A DNA stretch of 64,000 bases from Octopus sinensis (GCF_006345805.1 NW_021829832.1:806001-870000), one strand, 5' to 3'. Positions 26,632 through 41,453 are shown, counted from the first letter of the stretch. Notes: generated by a model not told the origin, from the letters alone. Numbers and translations: made by a program.

Positions 26632-27867
26632 GCAACCATAATAACCAACTAAATTAATAAATTATATTTCCGATAATAAATTGTGTTCATTAAATCGGTT
26701 TTAAAATGAGTAGTAGGTAGAACAGTGATTCTCAAGTGCGGCCCCTAGGATTTAATTGAGGGGCTTATGTTTCTATAAATATTTTATTTTTTGTCACGTT
26801 TTTTTATTTGTTATTGTGATGTCGAATTCTAAACGTTTTTGAAAAATTTCCAAGGAAAATAGGATTTTTAAACTCATCTGGGAAGAAAAATATTTGGAGG
26901 TCAATGGAAAGGCTTTTTGCCTAATATGCAATTCTATTATTGTAACTTTAAAAACGTATACAATCGAACGGCATTACCGTTCCCACTCTATTCTTTATGA
27001 CAAATTCACTGGTGTTTCTCGGACGAAAAAACTAAAACAAATGAAAGAAGATTATTTAAAACGATCATCCACTTTCAAAAGTGGGACATATTCGTCTAAT
27101 ATTAACCTAGCATCATACAAAATTAGTTACCTATTGGCTAAAAATATGAAGCCTTATTCTGATGGCGAATTATATAAAACGGCAATCGAAATATTTGCAT
27201 CGGAATGTTGTTTGCCCGCTGTTTTCGATATTGAACACAAGTTACCTCTAAGTAACGATACTGTTACTAGAAGAGTCAGTGATATATCAGATAATCTGAT
27301 TAACGAACTTTCACAGTATGGAAATTGTTTTGTAATTTTTAGAATTTGTAAAGATTTTCAATATTATTCTTTTGCGCTTGATTGTTCCAAAGATATTTCA
27401 GATATCGAACAATTAGTAGTGTTTCTAAGGGGAGTAACATCTGACTTTCGAATATACGAAGAATTTTTTTCATTGTATTCACTTTACAGATAAACTAAAG
27501 GAACACAGATTTTTTCTCCAATTGTGAAATTAATTGAAGATTATCAACTGGATCCAAGGAAATTAGTCTCAATTTCAACTGATGGAGCCCCTTATATGAT
27601 TGGCAGTAAAACTGGTTTTCGTGGACTTATGAAAAATGGAGGTGTGATAATAACTGGACTCCAGTATTATGGCATCATTGCATTATTCATCAGGAAAACC
27701 TAATTTCCAAAAATATTAAAATGGAAAATGTTTCTGAAGTAGTGATAAAAATTGTCAATTGGATTCAGGAGAACGCCTTGAATCACCGAAAATTTAAAAC
27801 ATTTTTAACTGAAACCGATTCGGATTATGGCGATGTCCTTCTTTTTTTCAGTAGTAAGATGGTTAAG

Positions 27868-28144
27868 TAAGAGCCGGGGTGGCGCAATGTTTGAAGTACC
27901 ATACAGTGTTGCAATGCAATGCGTCCGGGTTCGAATCTACTGTTGCCATCTCGGTCGAAGGGGAAAGACCTGGCGCCCTACCCCTTTATAATGTCTGCCA
28001 AGAAAATCCTCTTGTCAAATTGTTCACAGGACGGGGACTCGTGGACGATCTCTGCTTTGGACTCGAACTCGTGGAGGCATTTGACAACTCAGGATCAGCC
28101 AATGGCCGAACACGGCTGATTACGGCTTTAACTAACTAACTAAA
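27868..28144 (+). mobile_element. tRNA-derived SINE inserted in the hAT transposase
   Basis: A box tggcgcaatgtt (27880), B box ggttcgaatc (27928), 3' hairpin atcagcc/ggctgat, (TAAC)n tail, TSD atggttaag (27859-27867 / 28145-28153) interrupting the RWLSR motif. Confidence 0.85.
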
Positions 28145-28930
28145 ATGGTTAAGCCGTAGAGCTTGTCTCAAAAGATTAATTTTTTTTATTTTTATATGTA
28201 GATTTTATCAACTTCTTCCTGAAATTATTTTATTCACTGAAAATAAAGTGGACAATGCATTATTGAAAGACAATGGATGGATAGCAGATTTAGCATTTTA
28301 TGTGGATCTATCGGTGCATCTGTCTGCCCTAAATGTCGAACTACAAGGAGAAAATAAACTAAATTATCAAATTTATGGATATATGCCTTCGCTAAGAAAT
28401 TATTTTTATGGAAAGCGCAGATATCAAATAACGATTACACACATTTTCCTTATTGGTCAGAAAATTCCGAAAGTGGCTCAACTGATAAATATTTAAAAAT
28501 AACTGAAGATTTAAGTTCGCAATTTGATGCAAGATTTCAGGTTTTTAGTATTTATTTTGACCTGACAGAGCTTTAAAGAAGGTGCAAATTCAATGAGATT
28601 ATTTGTATCTCCATTAATTATGAAAAGTGAGGAGGTGTCCGGCATTTACCAACTGGAATTGATTGATTTGCAAAATGATGTTGAACTGAAAAGTTTGTTC
28701 AGCAACATTTCAATAATTGACTTTTAGAGAAACGATTACCGAATCTAGTCAATAATGCAAAGAAAAATTTAGCAAAATTTGGATCAACATATGTCTGCGA
28801 ATTGACATTTAGTAAACTTGTCCGAATTAAAACAAAGTTTCGCAGCAGATTGACTGATACTCATCTATGTGATTCGTTACGTACTTCAGCTAGTAGAATT
28901 AAACCTAATTTTGATTATTTAGTTAATAAA

Positions 28931-29003
28931 TGTCACCGGTTGGATAATGCCCTGGGTTGGATAATGCTTCCATCCAACCGAGGGCATTATCCAACCTGTG
29001 ACA
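28931..29003. mobile_element. 73-bp foldback MITE with TGT...ACA ends
   Basis: 32-bp arms with 2 mismatches, 9-nt loop, 5-bp TSD ataaa (28926-28930 / 29004-29008). Confidence 0.8.
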
Positions 29004-29384
29004 ATAAATAATTGTTAAAAATTATTTGCGGTCCCTGTAATTTTTTTTAATTTGCGGCCCCTGAGTAAAGAAGCTTGAGAATCACTGAGGTAGAATAACT
29101 GAGATATCACTCTTTGTGAAGAAACAAAAATCTATTAAATACTACAATATTCAAATACGGACAAAAAACACACCAAAGAGAATCTTGCCCGTAAAAGAAC
29201 AAATATCAAAAAGAAAATCAAAAAGTGTTAATAGTACCTTCCATTGCAGGGATGTGTATCTCAGTCTCATTCCTTGACATTGAGCGTGACATGCATGGAA
29301 ATGTCGTAATTAAAATATATTAACAAAGATCAAAGCGATAAAAAATTAATTATAAGTAAACAAAATCAAAACTAAATTTAAAAA

Positions 29385-31410
<2,026 letters not shown>

Positions 31411-31485
31411 GCAGCAAAGTAACGTGTAATGAAATTTAAAATTATTTAAAATCTTTAACATATTAAATATTAAAGGTTTTTCTAA

Positions 31486-33332
31486 TTAACTAATTAAAGA
31501 AATAGATCTTATTTCGATTCTGAAGCTTCCTATGTTCATTTCAGGAGCTTCCTTTTTCTGCTTTGTGTTCAAACCCAGCCTATATCAACATCGACAAAAT
31601 AGATGAGAAATTATTATAATATGAGGTTTAAATTAATTGATTAAACGTTTGTTTCAGTCGATATTTCTTCCGAAATGCAAGTTTGCTTCTTCTAATCAAT
31701 CAAAATGCAAAATACATTTTCTGCTATTTTGTTGACCAAGTATTTTGTGTAGACTCGATTGTTCCCCAGCAATTGCGATTTCTGTTTTTCAATACTTTTC
31801 GTCAGTATTCTGTCTTTCGGCGGGACCATTCCCGCATCTCCAATTCTGTAATGAAAGTTTTTTTCGATCTGCTGCTGGGTTAGTCTATTTTGAATATGCA
31901 CAACTACTCCTCCGTCTCTTCCTTTGTAGGCAGTGATTGCAGTTGTTTATAAAGTTCTTCGGTCTGACTGTCAAAGACTCCCATGGAGTACATGAAAGAC
32001 AGCAATGACAGCAAAAGATGACTCAATTCCTCTTTGGCGATTTGGTATTCCTCTGAATGATATTCCTTTTGTACAAAAATCAAGATATCGATACCATATT
32101 CAAAAACTCGTACACTTTCTCGCAGAATGTGGAGACTTGTTGGAAAGCTGAGTGTGCTTTTTGTATAAATTGTCCAGTTTGTTTATCCTGAAGTGTCAAA
32201 TTCTCTAAATCTTTGGTGATTGTGGCGTGATCGCTGGTCATTTGTTTCATCTCGGACATACGATATTTAATGTTGATTTTTGAGGCGAACAAATCGTCTT
32301 TGAGTTTTTCAGAGTCCTTTATTTGCTTTTCCAAGTCTATGACCTTCTTTTTAAGAACTCTGTTGGCTGCAGTTAACAAATTGATAATCTAAAGCACTCG
32401 ACTGATCACCCAGACCGACAACAGACTCGAATTCCGCTCTGCCAAGTCGGTTTTCATGCTTTGAAGAATTGACTCGTTTATTTTTTGGGCTGATTCCTTT
32501 TCCTTTAATTTCTTGTTCTCTTCGAGGACTGTCGCACACTTCTTTTTGAGTTTTTTGTAGTCGTTCGAAAGGGCAGTGTTTTCCTGGATTGACCGAATTG
32601 TCGTTTCCGCCATTTGCCGATTCGTCTCTTCTCGGAATTTGTTAGAAATATCGATTAGTTTTTGAAGAGTACACTTTTGCAGTCTTAAATTGTTTTTGCT
32701 ATTTTTACGTGTGTCGGTCGAGAATGCTTTGTTTCTCAAGCTGATACAACTCCTCTTTTCTCTTGGACTCGTTTTCCTGAATGTCGTTTTCTAGTTTGCT
32801 CATTTTGTCAAGAATTTCCTCCTTTTGGATTTTAAAGTCCTCAAGCGAAGCCAATTTTCCGGCTTAAGATACAATCGGCCACAGTACCCAATGTTATATT
32901 TTCGACACTCAGCGCATCCTTCGTCTCCTGAAACTCTTGTCTGAGCTGCCTCAGCTGTCCTTCAAATGCCTGTCTCTCCTTTTCCTTCTCCTCTTTCAGC
33001 GCTGACAATTTGGTGTTCACTTCGTAGATTTCAAGGCCTTTTTAGATCATCGACTCCAAACCCTTTCCTTGCAAATTCATTTTAAGATATTCCGTGATGT
33101 CCTTCTTTTCCGAGATCTGCTGAGTCAGTTCTCTTTCGTACTTCCCATTCGTCACTGTCAGGTGATCACACAAATCCTGATATCTTAAATATGTCAACAA
33201 ATTCTACTTGCTTATTCTGTTTTCCAGTTTTGATATTATTTTTAAATAATTTGTTTTATCTTCAACACTCAAAACTTGGGTTGGGGATGGAGTTTCACTT
33301 TTTTTTGCTTCATTCTTCTTTTTAGGTGCCAT
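31486..33332 (-). CDS. CFAP157: Cilia- and flagella-associated protein 157 (3' end approximate)
   Basis: MAPKKK start, AFEGQLRQLRQEFQETKDAL..ENI, GKLASLEDFKIQKEE, METTIRSIQEN-type coiled-coil segment. Confidence 0.85.
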
Positions 33333-33439
33333 TTGCAATTTCAGTTGCTATAGTCCCCTTAGTTTATTTTTAACAATCAAAAATGTGAACTAAATTAACT
33401 AAAATGACTAGTCAGTGAAACCTGAAATGTCCATCATTA

Positions 33440-35371
33440 ACTTTCGATGTGGCTCACCTTAACGCTGTGTTTCTCACTGCGACTAAAAGACCCTCTATAC
33501 TCTCCCCATTGGATCCCTTGGATCTTCTGACTGTCCTCGAAGTGGCGCTCAGCCTCTTCCATGAGTCACTTGCCCTCTCCGGCGATATCGAACCCAATCC
33601 GGAACCTTCGTACTGCCTCACCATTTTATAAATAAACATTAATGGGATCTCCCGTCAACAAGATGAGATAATGGAATTCTTATCCTCTCATGATGTGGAC
33701 ATGGCCTTTAACCCGCCTGACGTCCTACTCCTCGATTCAAGGGATTTTCAACTGTTCGTATCGACCGCCCTAACGGACTGAATGGAGGAGGTCTCATCAC
33801 CCTCATCATTCCCTTCACTAACACTACCAATTCCATACCCTCCACATTTCCCCCCGACGCCCACTTGGAGTTCGTCACAGTACTAATAAATAATGTTGCC
33901 TACACAATCTTCAACCTATACATTCCTCCTCCTACAAGTTGTTCGAAGGGTTACATTCCAGACCTCTCCTTGTCATTGAAGGACACAATTGTGTGTGGAG
34001 ACCTCAATGCCAAAAACCCGTTATGGTTTGGTGAAGGGAAACTGGATCAACGGGGGGAGTATGTCTCCGCGGAGCTCGACCACCTTGTTGCCCTAAACGA
34101 TCCACACCAGCACACTACCTGGCGAACTGGAGATGCCAACTCCTCTCCTGACGTTAGTTTTTGCTTCCCAGCAATTGCCTCTCGGACATCCTGGTCGGTT
34201 GCTTACGACCTTCCTTCTGACCACAACCCCGTACTTTTGGAGATCAAAAATACTTCCAAAGTCCTAAAGGACATTTGTCAACTACAAACGCGGACTGTGG
34301 TCGAAATTCCAACAAGAAACAGATCAGTATCTCTCAAACTTCTCATTCCTAAATTTTAAATCGGTCGATGACGCAACAAAACACTTCAACCATTGCATAA
34401 TCTCTGCAGACCGAAAATTAAAGGATTCATCCGTGGGGAAAAACCACTTTTCACAAAGGAGATCATTGACCTCATAAAAGAGAGACGGGCAATAAAGAGG
34501 AATCGCGTCCGGGACTCCAACTCGGGCTCCAGATTTTAAGTATTAACGGGATAATCACTGACCACATTCTACAAAACAAAAGAGCCAAAGAGTTTGTATC
34601 TAGACTGGATCATCGTACCAAGCCAACTGAATTTTGGAACGCATTTATTTCTTCCGGACAGACCTTACACTCTTCCACTCTGGGATAAATAAACGCCTCC
34701 GCTTGAAGTCATTCCGAGAACAAGCGGATGACACTATGTCCCACTACAGCTCTATTTGTCAGATCAACACGGACAGATCAAATAGTGTACATATAGGGAA
34801 TCCCCCTCCGTCACCAAACGTCTCTCCTGATAGACTGGATCGACATACGTGCCCTAATCTTGAATGCTAAGAATTCGCCAGAGAAAGGCCCAGACGGAAT
34901 ATGCATTCATCATCTAAAAAACATTGGGCCGAATGGACTTTGAGCCATCACGGACATCTTTCAAACTTCATTGAACGTTGGATATGTCCCCATGTTATGG
35001 AAACATTCAACTATAATCCCAAAACTCAAGCCGAACATGGATTCTCGGGACCTAGATTCTTTTCGGCCGATCTCTCTGCTTTGTGCCGCTTCGAAAGTTT
35101 TGGAGAAATTCATTTTGAATCACATATATCTGCACATCAACCAGAGAGACGAGAACATCTCTGGCACAACTTCGTTCTCGACATTTCCTCCTAATTGATG
35201 AATCTGGCTATTGGTCTCCTCCGGACCATCTATACTTATTGCTTCGAGAAGCTTTCTGCGGACCGGGGCCTCCGGTAGGCATTATGGACTTATGGAAGCC
35301 CCCAGCAGTCGCTGCTGAGCGGGGACAGCCGGCCTCCTACAAGCTAGAGAGGTCGGGGTAACTAACTAACC
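33440..35371 (+). mobile_element. Internally deleted APE-RT non-LTR retrotransposon (Ingi/Vingi-like)
   Basis: 10-bp TSD tccatcatta (33430-33439 / 35372-35381); 2A-like LALSGDIEPNPEP; APE motifs NLYIPP, GDLNA, SPD, SDH; RT start GPDGI, FRPISLL..ASKVLEK; C-terminal DLWKPP; 3' hairpin and (TAAC)3 tail. Confidence 0.88.
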
Positions 35372-36606
35372 TCCATCATTACTACCAAATTAAATGATGA
35401 CTTTCATGACTATAACTTTAATACTATCTTTGTATTTTGGTGGGGAATATCATTGTTAAGTGACTACGACCTGCAGGACCGAGAGCAGCGAGCACACAGA
35501 CCGTCCACTGCACGACTAGTTAATCAACTAATCAAATAACACTCGTTGGATGGAGCATTCACCACCAAATTCTTAACAATTAATGAGTTACTTAAAGACT
35601 AGCCATTTCAGACTTGCGCCAGATTATAAACATTTGGAGCACCAAAGCATTTCCCTACCAGTTAGATCCGGACTTTCCAGAAAGGTCTCCTATTCTTGTC
35701 TAGTTCACAGTGGATGAACGTCGGAAACCTTAGGTTAAACACCAGATGATTTGGTGCTACAAAATGGCTTTTGTTGATAAGATCCACAAAAGATTTTCAG
35801 TAGCAGGCCGAAAAAATGGACTGCCATTCCTCACACATTGCTGCATTAACGCCTCGTGAAAAACTGTCTTCCGAGATACCACAGATTTGTCAATAAAACA
35901 GCTTAACTAAAAATGGATCTTAATCGAAAGTAATAAATGAACAAATAATCAAATTAGACAAAAAGGAATCAAAGGTAGTTTAATTGGGTGTTCTAAAGAT
36001 TATGTTGGAAAGTACAACTCATTGAAACATCCCATAGAAGAACAGAATCTCATTATTTCGTAATCGGACTCCCCTAAAGTGAGTCCCACAAAACCAACCC
36101 GTCGTCGGACGTCGGAACAAATGGCAAAAGATTCTTTTTACCCTACCCCGAAACACTCCATTTTCATCAACCTCAAGAATGTATAGCTCTACCAACCTGT
36201 GCTATGTTTATTTGGATGGATCCAAAATCCCTTGAGCTTATTATGGTATTGGTGGAAGAACTAGTAGTAGCACATACTTGTCATTACCATTTCCTTGGAG
36301 TATACAAGTCTTCTGTCTTTTTAGCAGCAGCGTCCATGGAAAGTGGCAACAGAGAATTAACGTGCTTGACTATTGTTTAATTTTAATAGTGAAAATTAAT
36401 TTTTTAAATATATTTAAATAAACAAATTAATGAACTAATCAAGATTTCATCAATTTAATAAATAAACTATATTATTATATTAAATGAAGGGATGAAAATA
36501 AATCAGTAATTTGTTACATTTAAATAATTCTAATAAATAATAGTTTGAATCAAAACAAATAAAAATTATCATTTTAATTCTATTTTTATTTTCCAAGGAT
36601 ACCAAA

Positions 36607-38173
36607 ATGGAGGAGTCTTCATTCCAGAAAGTCTTAAAATCCAGAAATATGAAACAACTCGAAAAATTAGTCTCCAGCGACGTGGACATTAATCAACCTG
36701 ACGGAGGAAAAGACAAGTTCTCCCCACTCCACTGGGCATGCTACTATGGGAATTTAGAGGTGCCAAAACAGAGAATATTAAGGGAGTGCACTACTTGTTG
36801 TGGCATGGGGCAGACGTGTCCAGTCTGAGCATCCGAGGTTGGACTCCAATGCACATCGTCGCAATTTGCGGGACCACGAAATGTGTGGAGGCAAGTGCAT
36901 GTTGTATTACTGTAGTCATTGCTCAACTACGACGCTGACATCAACGCCAAGGACTCGAGAGGCTGCACTCCCGCCCACCTTGCAGCAATACACGGTCACT
37001 CCATAACTTTGGGGGGGATTCTCAAGCATGGAGGAGTTGCTTGAAATAGTCAGCTCGTAGAGAACTGACCTACGGAATGAAAATGGGTGGACTCCAGTTC
37101 ATGCCGCCGTTTTCCACGGCCGTTTGGGGTGTCTTCAGATCCTTTACAAATGTGGAGGGAACATTGAGGAATACGACGCCCAGGGAAACACTCCGGGTAC
37201 TCTACTTTGTTCATTCCAGCACATTTGTGTGCGGGAGAGGGTCACGTCGACTGTTTAAAATTTTTAGTTGCAAATTGCAGCAACATTGACTCCCTTTTTT
37301 GTGCCAGGAATGACCACGGGGAAGTTCCCCTCAATTTGGCCCAGTTGTATTACAAGACCGACGCAGCAAACTACATCATGAGAGCACACGATGAACTGGT
37401 CAATTTGGAGAAAAAAAATGGTTGGTCGTCAGTAGTAAGCATAACACAGCATATTCATATCCCGGCCATGTGGCAGCATTCAACGGAGATTTGATTACAT
37501 TGAAGACTTTGATAGAAAATGAGACGATCTGTCTGCACGACGTGGATGAAAGCAACTCGACTTTTGCCCACAAAGGTTGGCCAGTTTAGTTAGGGTTGCA
37601 GCTGCCTGTCAAGGACACGTTGATGTGCTCAAATGGCTCATCAGTTGTGGGGCGGATTTAAGGATGCAGAACGATAGAATGGAGACTCCGGCAGAAGTAG
37701 CTGCAAAGTTTGGGAAGGAGGAGTGCTTCCACTTGTTGAATGGTCATTTTATGTTTTATCATCAAAGTGAACTCCAAAACATACGCAGACGTGACCCACG
37801 AGGATACGTCGACGGAAAAATCCTCGAACCCTCTTTGTAAAATTTATCAATTCTGATAGCAGCGAGAGCAAAGTTGAGAATCGACGAGCTCAGTAAATTG
37901 CTGGACATTGCCAACAAGAACTACGTCCAGCTTGGAGGGGTTTTGGAGGAGTCCTTTCAAGATAAACAAGGACGGGAAGCAGAAAAGTATTTTTAGTAAT
38001 AGAGGAGATGTATTTTGAATCTGAAAGTGAGGTTGGAGGAAGAAAGAATCAGGAGGGAAAAACTCGAGCAGAAATTGGATAAGTATCGGCGGGAACTATT
38101 TTATTTGAACAAAAAGAAAAGTGAGCTAGAACAAAAAATAAAGTCAAAAGTTCTGCGAAAATATATTAAATGA
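36607..38173 (+). CDS. ANKRD42: Ankyrin repeat protein, ANKRD42-like (copy 1)
   Basis: KFSPLHWACYYG, GWTPMHIVA, GCTPAHLAA, GWTPVHAA, HLCAGEGHVDCLK; C-terminal coiled coil NYVQLGG..ERIRREKLEQKLD. Confidence 0.8.
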
Positions 38174-38445
38174 CATACTAAAACACACACTATCAATAAA
38201 ACACTCTAAAAATGAGAAATCTTAATTTATCAAAATAAACTTTATGTTTCCACGAAATGAACATTAGTCTTTTTATATGAACAAATTATTGTAACAAATT
38301 CCCTAGAAGAATAAACAAAGTGATAATCCCATATGTGTGACAACCAAAACGACCATCCTAATCCAGTCCCCTATGTTATGGGCGAGAGCCCGTAGGGAAT
38401 CCGGATCATCATCGTTTTGTAGACTCTCTATTCGATCTTCTAAAC

Positions 38446-39584
38446 CAGTTCTCAACCTTTTTCAATCCTGATTTTTTCTAAACCCTTAATATTTAATTTC
38501 AAATATTTGACAAATCATAAATCTTATGTAAGAAGAGCATGATCGTAAAAATACAGTTTTTTAGTCTGTTCAAAAAAAACGTGACCACTTGAAAATGTAT
38601 GTTTTTTTAATTTTTATGACTTATTTTCCAAAATTTCCAGGGAATACTGAATTTAAAATTTTTTTATTTACATAATTCATTATTCCAAGATCGGCTATAT
38701 TCTCAAAGTAACGGAATATTCTAAAAATCTTGTTCAAAAAAATGTGACCACTTGAAAATGTATGTTTTTTTTATTTTGTGACTTATTTTTGAAAATTTCA
38801 AAGGAATACTGAATCTAAAATCTTTATATCGATGTCATCCCAAGTTTTCGTATCAAAAAGTAATTAATTGCAGAATAAAGTAATTAATTGTGGAACATGT
38901 CAGATTTTAAAATTTCGTCAGGATTTAGGGCCTTCAGATATGATAGAATCATGATTTAAAGAGATTTTGACTAAAAACGTGGGAATTCTCATTTTTGGCA
39001 ATAATTATTGCAATTTTATAGGATGCAATTAGTCCTTGTTTTCTCTTGAATAATCAAATTAAAAAAAAATTAGTCCTCCTACATATAATTTTTGTTAATA
39101 ACAACTATTGTTTCTTTCATTATTATTTTTAAAACATTTTCAATCATTTTTTTGTTACAAAGAGAATCCTTTAATTCTTCAAATTACTCTAATGGTCAAT
39201 TTATTCCATTTTTAGTGAAGTTACTGTAATTTACTAGAAGTTAAAAAAGCCATCTATCCAAAGTGGACCACTCTAATGGTCTATCTTTTTAATCAAAATG
39301 TTTTTTCCTAAGATGATCCAACAATTTTGACGACTCATCTCATTGCATCATTTGATAATGATTTATTACACAGTAAGCAATATAGTCTATTATCAAAAGA
39401 ATTTTTTATAAATCCAATGCCAAATATTCATTTTAAGACTACTTATAAAGAACAAAAAACAAAAGTTTACTATTAAAAATAAAACTAAATTAATTTAAGA
39501 TGAAAAAATTTTAATTATTAACTTAATTTCGATCCCCTTACAATTGATCTGGGTTGATTTCCGACCCAAGGTTGAGAACCGCTG
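38446..39584. mobile_element. Non-autonomous hAT element (copy 1)
   Basis: Right TIR ggttgagaaccgctg; left TIR cagttctcaacc (3-nt deletion); 8-bp TSD ttctaaac; AT-rich non-coding interior with an internal direct repeat. Confidence 0.8.
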
Positions 39585-39599
39585 TTCTAAACAATTCTC

Positions 39600-40770
39600 T
39601 GAAGATACTTCATAAGTGGTTTTTCATAATCAACACTTCTAAAACCAAATTCACTGAGATAAAATGCATAGCACAGCAGAGTTAGTGAAATTCTTCAGGA
39701 AGAAATGCTGAATAAAACTCATCTAGCCACTATTGAAGAATATTTGAAGCATAAATATTTACTTGAAAAATCAGTTTTAATTAATAAAAAAACTGGTGTT
39801 CAGTGCTCAGAACAAGTATCTACTGGACTAGATTTTATCAAAATGTCTTCATTCCATTCTATACAAAGGTGCTACGGAGAATTTGGTAAATGTTAAAAAC
39901 TCTAGTCAATAAATAGCCAAAGGCAATAATTCACAAGGGTCTGAAGGATTATTCTGTCTCGTGCAAAATAAAAATTAATTCTTTGAGGACCAAAGTTCTC
40001 CACGTGTGTTATATCAATCAAGCTAGTTTTTTCAGGGGATCCGTCAGAAATATTTTTCGACAATAAGCGCTTTTTAGACCCCCTCTAAACTTTCTTACCA
40101 TCTCTGACTTTGCGTTTTAAAATTGTCAACAAGATTTGTGTAATTATGAAAATCCATACTGAGTTCTCCACGTGCGTTATATCAATCGAGCTAGTTTTTT
40201 CACTGGATCCGTCCGAAATATTTTTCGACAATAAGCGCTTTTTAGACCCCCGCTAAAATCTTCTTACCATCTCTGAATATAAGTATCTGGGAGAGCATAA
40301 AATGTGTTCCCACTGCATGAGATGGAAAAGACCGTCAACCACTATGCCACTAGATGTGAGATTTTACATGGGGTTTATGTCAGAAGGCATGATGAAGTAG
40401 TAAGATGCATCTACTTTCATTTTAATCGAGAATTTGAACTCAAGAATGACAACAAGCTCAAAACACATTCAATAGAATCTGTATCGGCGAATGAGAACGT
40501 TGAAATCAGAATCAACATATTTATAAAGACAGATATTGTCTTGAAACATAAAGAAACAAATTGTTTGTTTTTTCGAAAAAAATAAGGAATCAAATTTTGT
40601 TATTGACGTTTGGATAACATTTTCCCAAATTTATAGCGAGTGGGGATCGAAAAATAAGAAAATATGACCTCCTATCTTACGAGCGGAAATTAAATTATCA
40701 TACAAGAGTGAAAATAGTACCTATGTACTAACATGGAATGAGCTGGCAACTCAAAAATTTCTACAATGAT
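39600..40770 (+). mobile_element. Degenerate R4/NeSL-like RLE non-LTR retrotransposon fragment (copy 1), with an internal ~110-bp direct repeat of ~170-bp period
   Basis: HYATRC...YVRRHDEVVRC, HSIESV..NENVEIR, IKTDI..KHKEPN..., IDVWIT (zinc knuckle plus RLE-like). Confidence 0.65.
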
Positions 40771-40777
40771 TCTGATA

Positions 40778-41300
40778 TCATCCTGGTTTAAAAATGTATT
40801 TCAACAAGTTTAATTGTGTGAACTGGGTCGAATGGTCTGTACATATCAATTCCGAGCATCTCAGTACACCGTTTGTATTTTGAACATAAGACAGCGGTCC
40901 ATCTGTGTGTCCAGATAACATTAGCAGTGGACCTTCCAGTTCTAAACCCACTTTTCCAAGCGACAGAAAATAATCCACCTTAGTTCTTATCCTCTCTAAT
41001 GCAACCAGCGACAGTAAAATTTTCTTGTTTGTCATCCATAAGTTTATTCAGTTGTTTGTATACTTTATACAGTCTGACGCAAGTAATTACTAGCTTGTGG
41101 TCACTATTTGTTTCCAGTCTTCATATGACCTGGGAATCCACAAGTGTTTATGTGAAACTTTGTTGAGAATTTAGTTTATTTGATCCAGAATTTGTATGTA
41201 ATTTGAATCCTTTCTGATTCCAGTTTGTGTCGTTTTGTGTCTGGCTGGATGACAGAATGCTGTGTTACACAAGAATAGGTCTAACAGGTACAGAATTGAA
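40778..41300 (-). mobile_element. Degenerate Ty3/Gypsy integrase remnant (second copy ~48620-49140)
   Basis: Frameshifted H2C2-like FH..CGFPGHMKT and core-like GPLLMLS / LGI..PF.P traces; weak. Confidence 0.35.
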
Positions 41301-41453
41301 TCAAGGCGGTTTCAGGCAATTTTTCCGATTTCTTCCATTTCAGAATTGTAAATATGAAGAATAAATTAACATGTTTTAATAAATAATATTAAATACAAAT
41401 AAATATATTTTACTCGGTCAGATAAAAGTTATTAATAATTTAAGTAATTTATA

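Larger units (their letters stand above)
26723..29087 (+). mobile_element. Decayed hAT transposon of the Buster/Charlie (GTF2IRD2-like) type
   Basis: 14-bp TIR cagtgattctcaag (26723-26736 / 29074-29087), 8-bp TSD aggtagaa with central TA, subterminal tgcggccc; transposase motifs CLIC..H, LPLSNDTVTRR, ALDCSKD, TDGAP, HCIIHQE, WLSR, STYVCE, with stops and frameshifts. Confidence 0.95.

Noticed and set aside
27868-27950. Possible tRNA gene
   Set aside because: A and B boxes are present but there is no convincing cloverleaf; tail and TSD indicate a SINE head
35560-36350. Possible Gypsy integrase remnant
   Set aside because: Too degenerate to support by eye
39990-40280. Direct repeats resembling a CRISPR-like array
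   Set aside because: Only two long units inside retroelement debris in a eukaryotic context
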